Origin: Meiothermus sp.
GTDB taxonomy: Bacteria; Deinococcota; Deinococci; Deinococcales; Thermaceae
Reading direction: 5' to 3'
Length of the DNA: 27,746 nucleotides
Assembly: GCA_033762915.1 (NCBI GenBank)
Contig: JANRLD010000030.1
Location: 1 to 27,746 of the forward strand
In this document: one piece after another, positions 26,750 to 27,746 of the stretch
Layout: the number at the start of each line of letters is the position of its first letter
Numbering within the stretch: the first letter of the stretch is position 1
Notes under the pieces: generated by a model
Database searches by the model: none
What the model was told of the DNA's origin: nothing
Seen by the model: the letters and a program-made list of their open reading frames with translations, nothing else
Translations under genes and position numbers: made by a program

Positions 26750-27559
26750 TCAGGACAGTAGACCGGCGTTCACCAGCAGCTGCCTTAGCATCTCGAGGTT
26801 TTTCAGCGCATGGCCTTTCGTGGTGTTGTTGAATATGAAGTGAGCCTGGGTAATCGTCTCCTGCTCCTTTGCCTCGAGCAGGCTACGCACCCAGAAATCG
26901 AGTTCGGCCTCGTCGTAGCGGTAGTCGTGGCGCTCGGACTGGTCTTTTCCCTCGTACCATTTCTCTTTGTTGCGGCCCGAGAGCCGGATGTAGGCAATCT
27001 CGCTAGTGAGGTGGAGCTGATTTTTTGGCAGCCCGGGCAGCGGCGGGTAGTCGGTGCTGGTCCAGGTCAAGCCCGCTTGCCGGAATGCCTGCCGCACCTC
27101 CAGGATGTCCCAGGAGTTGTGGCGGAACTCCACAGCAAGGCCGCCGGGGGCCAGGGACTTATCCGAGAACCGCCCGACCAGTCCGGCGAAGTACTTCCGA
27201 TTCTCGGGCGTGCGGTGAAAGCGCTGGGGAAACTGGGCCAAAAACGGCCCCAGCACCCCCGCCTCGCGGAGGGGCGCGACCGACTCGAGCAAGCGCTTGT
27301 AGTCCTCGTCCTGCGCGCTAAGGTCATGGGTCATGGACTGGTGGATCTTGACTGCCCAGTGAACCCGGCCGCCAGACTTCTTGAGCATTCCCTCGAAGGC
27401 CTTGATGCCCGGAATCCCGTAAAAGCTCGAGTTCAGCTCCACCGCATTAAAGTGCTGTGCGTAAACCGTGAGCCACTGGTCTTTTTTTACCTCCGGTGGG
27501 TATAGCTGCCCTACCCAGTCTTCATTGGTATAGCCCCCAGTTCCCAGGTAGATCTCCAT
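26750..27559 (-). CDS. DUF72 (YecE/YunF-like) protein
   Basis: IYLGTGGY, F.AVELNSSFY, LAQFP.RF, AVEFRH.SW, YIRLSGRN, YRY...EL and FNN motifs. Start ATG 27559 supported by TACCCT-6nt-ATG. Confidence 0.93.
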   Translation of the reverse strand: MEIYLGTGGYTNEDWVGQLYPPEVKKDQWLTVYAQHFNAVELNSSFYGIPGIKAFEGMLKKSGGRVHWAVKIHQSMTHDLSAQDEDYKRLLESVAPLREAGVLGPFLAQFPQRFHRTPENRKYFAGLVGRFSDKSLAPGGLAVEFRHNSWDILEVRQAFRQAGLTWTSTDYPPLPGLPKNQLHLTSEIAYIRLSGRNKEKWYEGKDQSERHDYRYDEAELDFWVRSLLEAKEQETITQAHFIFNNTTKGHALKNLEMLRQLLVNAGLLS

Positions 27560-27606
27560 GGCTTTAGGGTACAGCGGCAGGACAGGGGTGAAAGCGACGG
27601 AAGTCA

Positions 27607-27746
27607 ATGAAGAACCCCGCCGCAAGCGGACGGGGTATCGCGCCCGCCCTACGGCCCGAACAGTCTCGGCTGCTCGATCCGGTGTAGCTGTTTGTACTGC
27701 TGGCCCTGCTTCTTGACGTATTGCCCCACCGCCCGCTCGTTACCGT
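27607..27746 (-). mobile_element. Right end of an IS200/IS605-family insertion sequence (truncated by window end)
   Basis: Minus strand GATACCCCGTCCGCTTGCGGCGGGGTTCTTCAT: subterminal imperfect hairpin with GATA at its foot and terminal TCAT, directly after a TnpA-like C-terminus. Confidence 0.8.
27649..27744 (-). CDS. tnpA: IS200-type HUH Y1 transposase, C-terminal 31 aa (partial)
   Basis: Own translation GNERAVGQYVKKQGQQYKQLHRIEQPRLFGP*: catalytic YxxxQ helix and the typical ...LH...Q..LF tail. Confidence 0.78.
   Translation of the reverse strand, partial: GNERAVGQYVKKQGQQYKQLHRIEQPRLFGP

Noticed and set aside
27560..27625. N-terminal extension of DUF72, and TTGACT at the IS junction as a hybrid -35
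   Set aside because: The extension runs into the IS hairpin; TTGACT (27607-27602) is 30 nt from the -10 box, too far.

Overview
High-GC chromosomal segment of a Deinococcota bacterium, most likely Thermaceae (Meiothermus/Calidithermus-like). The assignment rests on Thermus-type AspRS, photolyase, HisD and PaaX, many leaderless genes, and very frequent CTCGAG. Core-looking genes are aspS, a PhzF-family protein, a Cof HAD hydrolase, a histone-deacetylase-family protein, DNA photolyase, YceI, ruvA, tRNA-Ala(CGC), a transglutaminase-like protein, an FtsB/DivIC-like protein, a PerR/Fur regulator, a DUF3108-like protein, hisD, a GGDEF cyclase, paaX and DUF72. There are two accessory-looking modules. 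The first is a 1038-aa STAND NTPase-TPR protein with a C-terminal winged-helix/BTAD (AfsR domain order reversed), followed by a lipoprotein with an (Asn-Pro)12 linker. The second is an IclR-controlled peptide ABC uptake cluster with no ATPase genes, plus a DUF885-like HExxPGH metallopeptidase and an AstE/AspA deacylase. Both window ends are anomalous. The first ~100-140 nt look like an enterobacterial aspS 5' end fused in frame to a Thermaceae aspS, probably an assembly chimera. The last 140 nt are the tnpA 3' end and right end of an IS200/IS605-family element that the ORF track missed. Family calls come from motif recognition only; no database searches were run.
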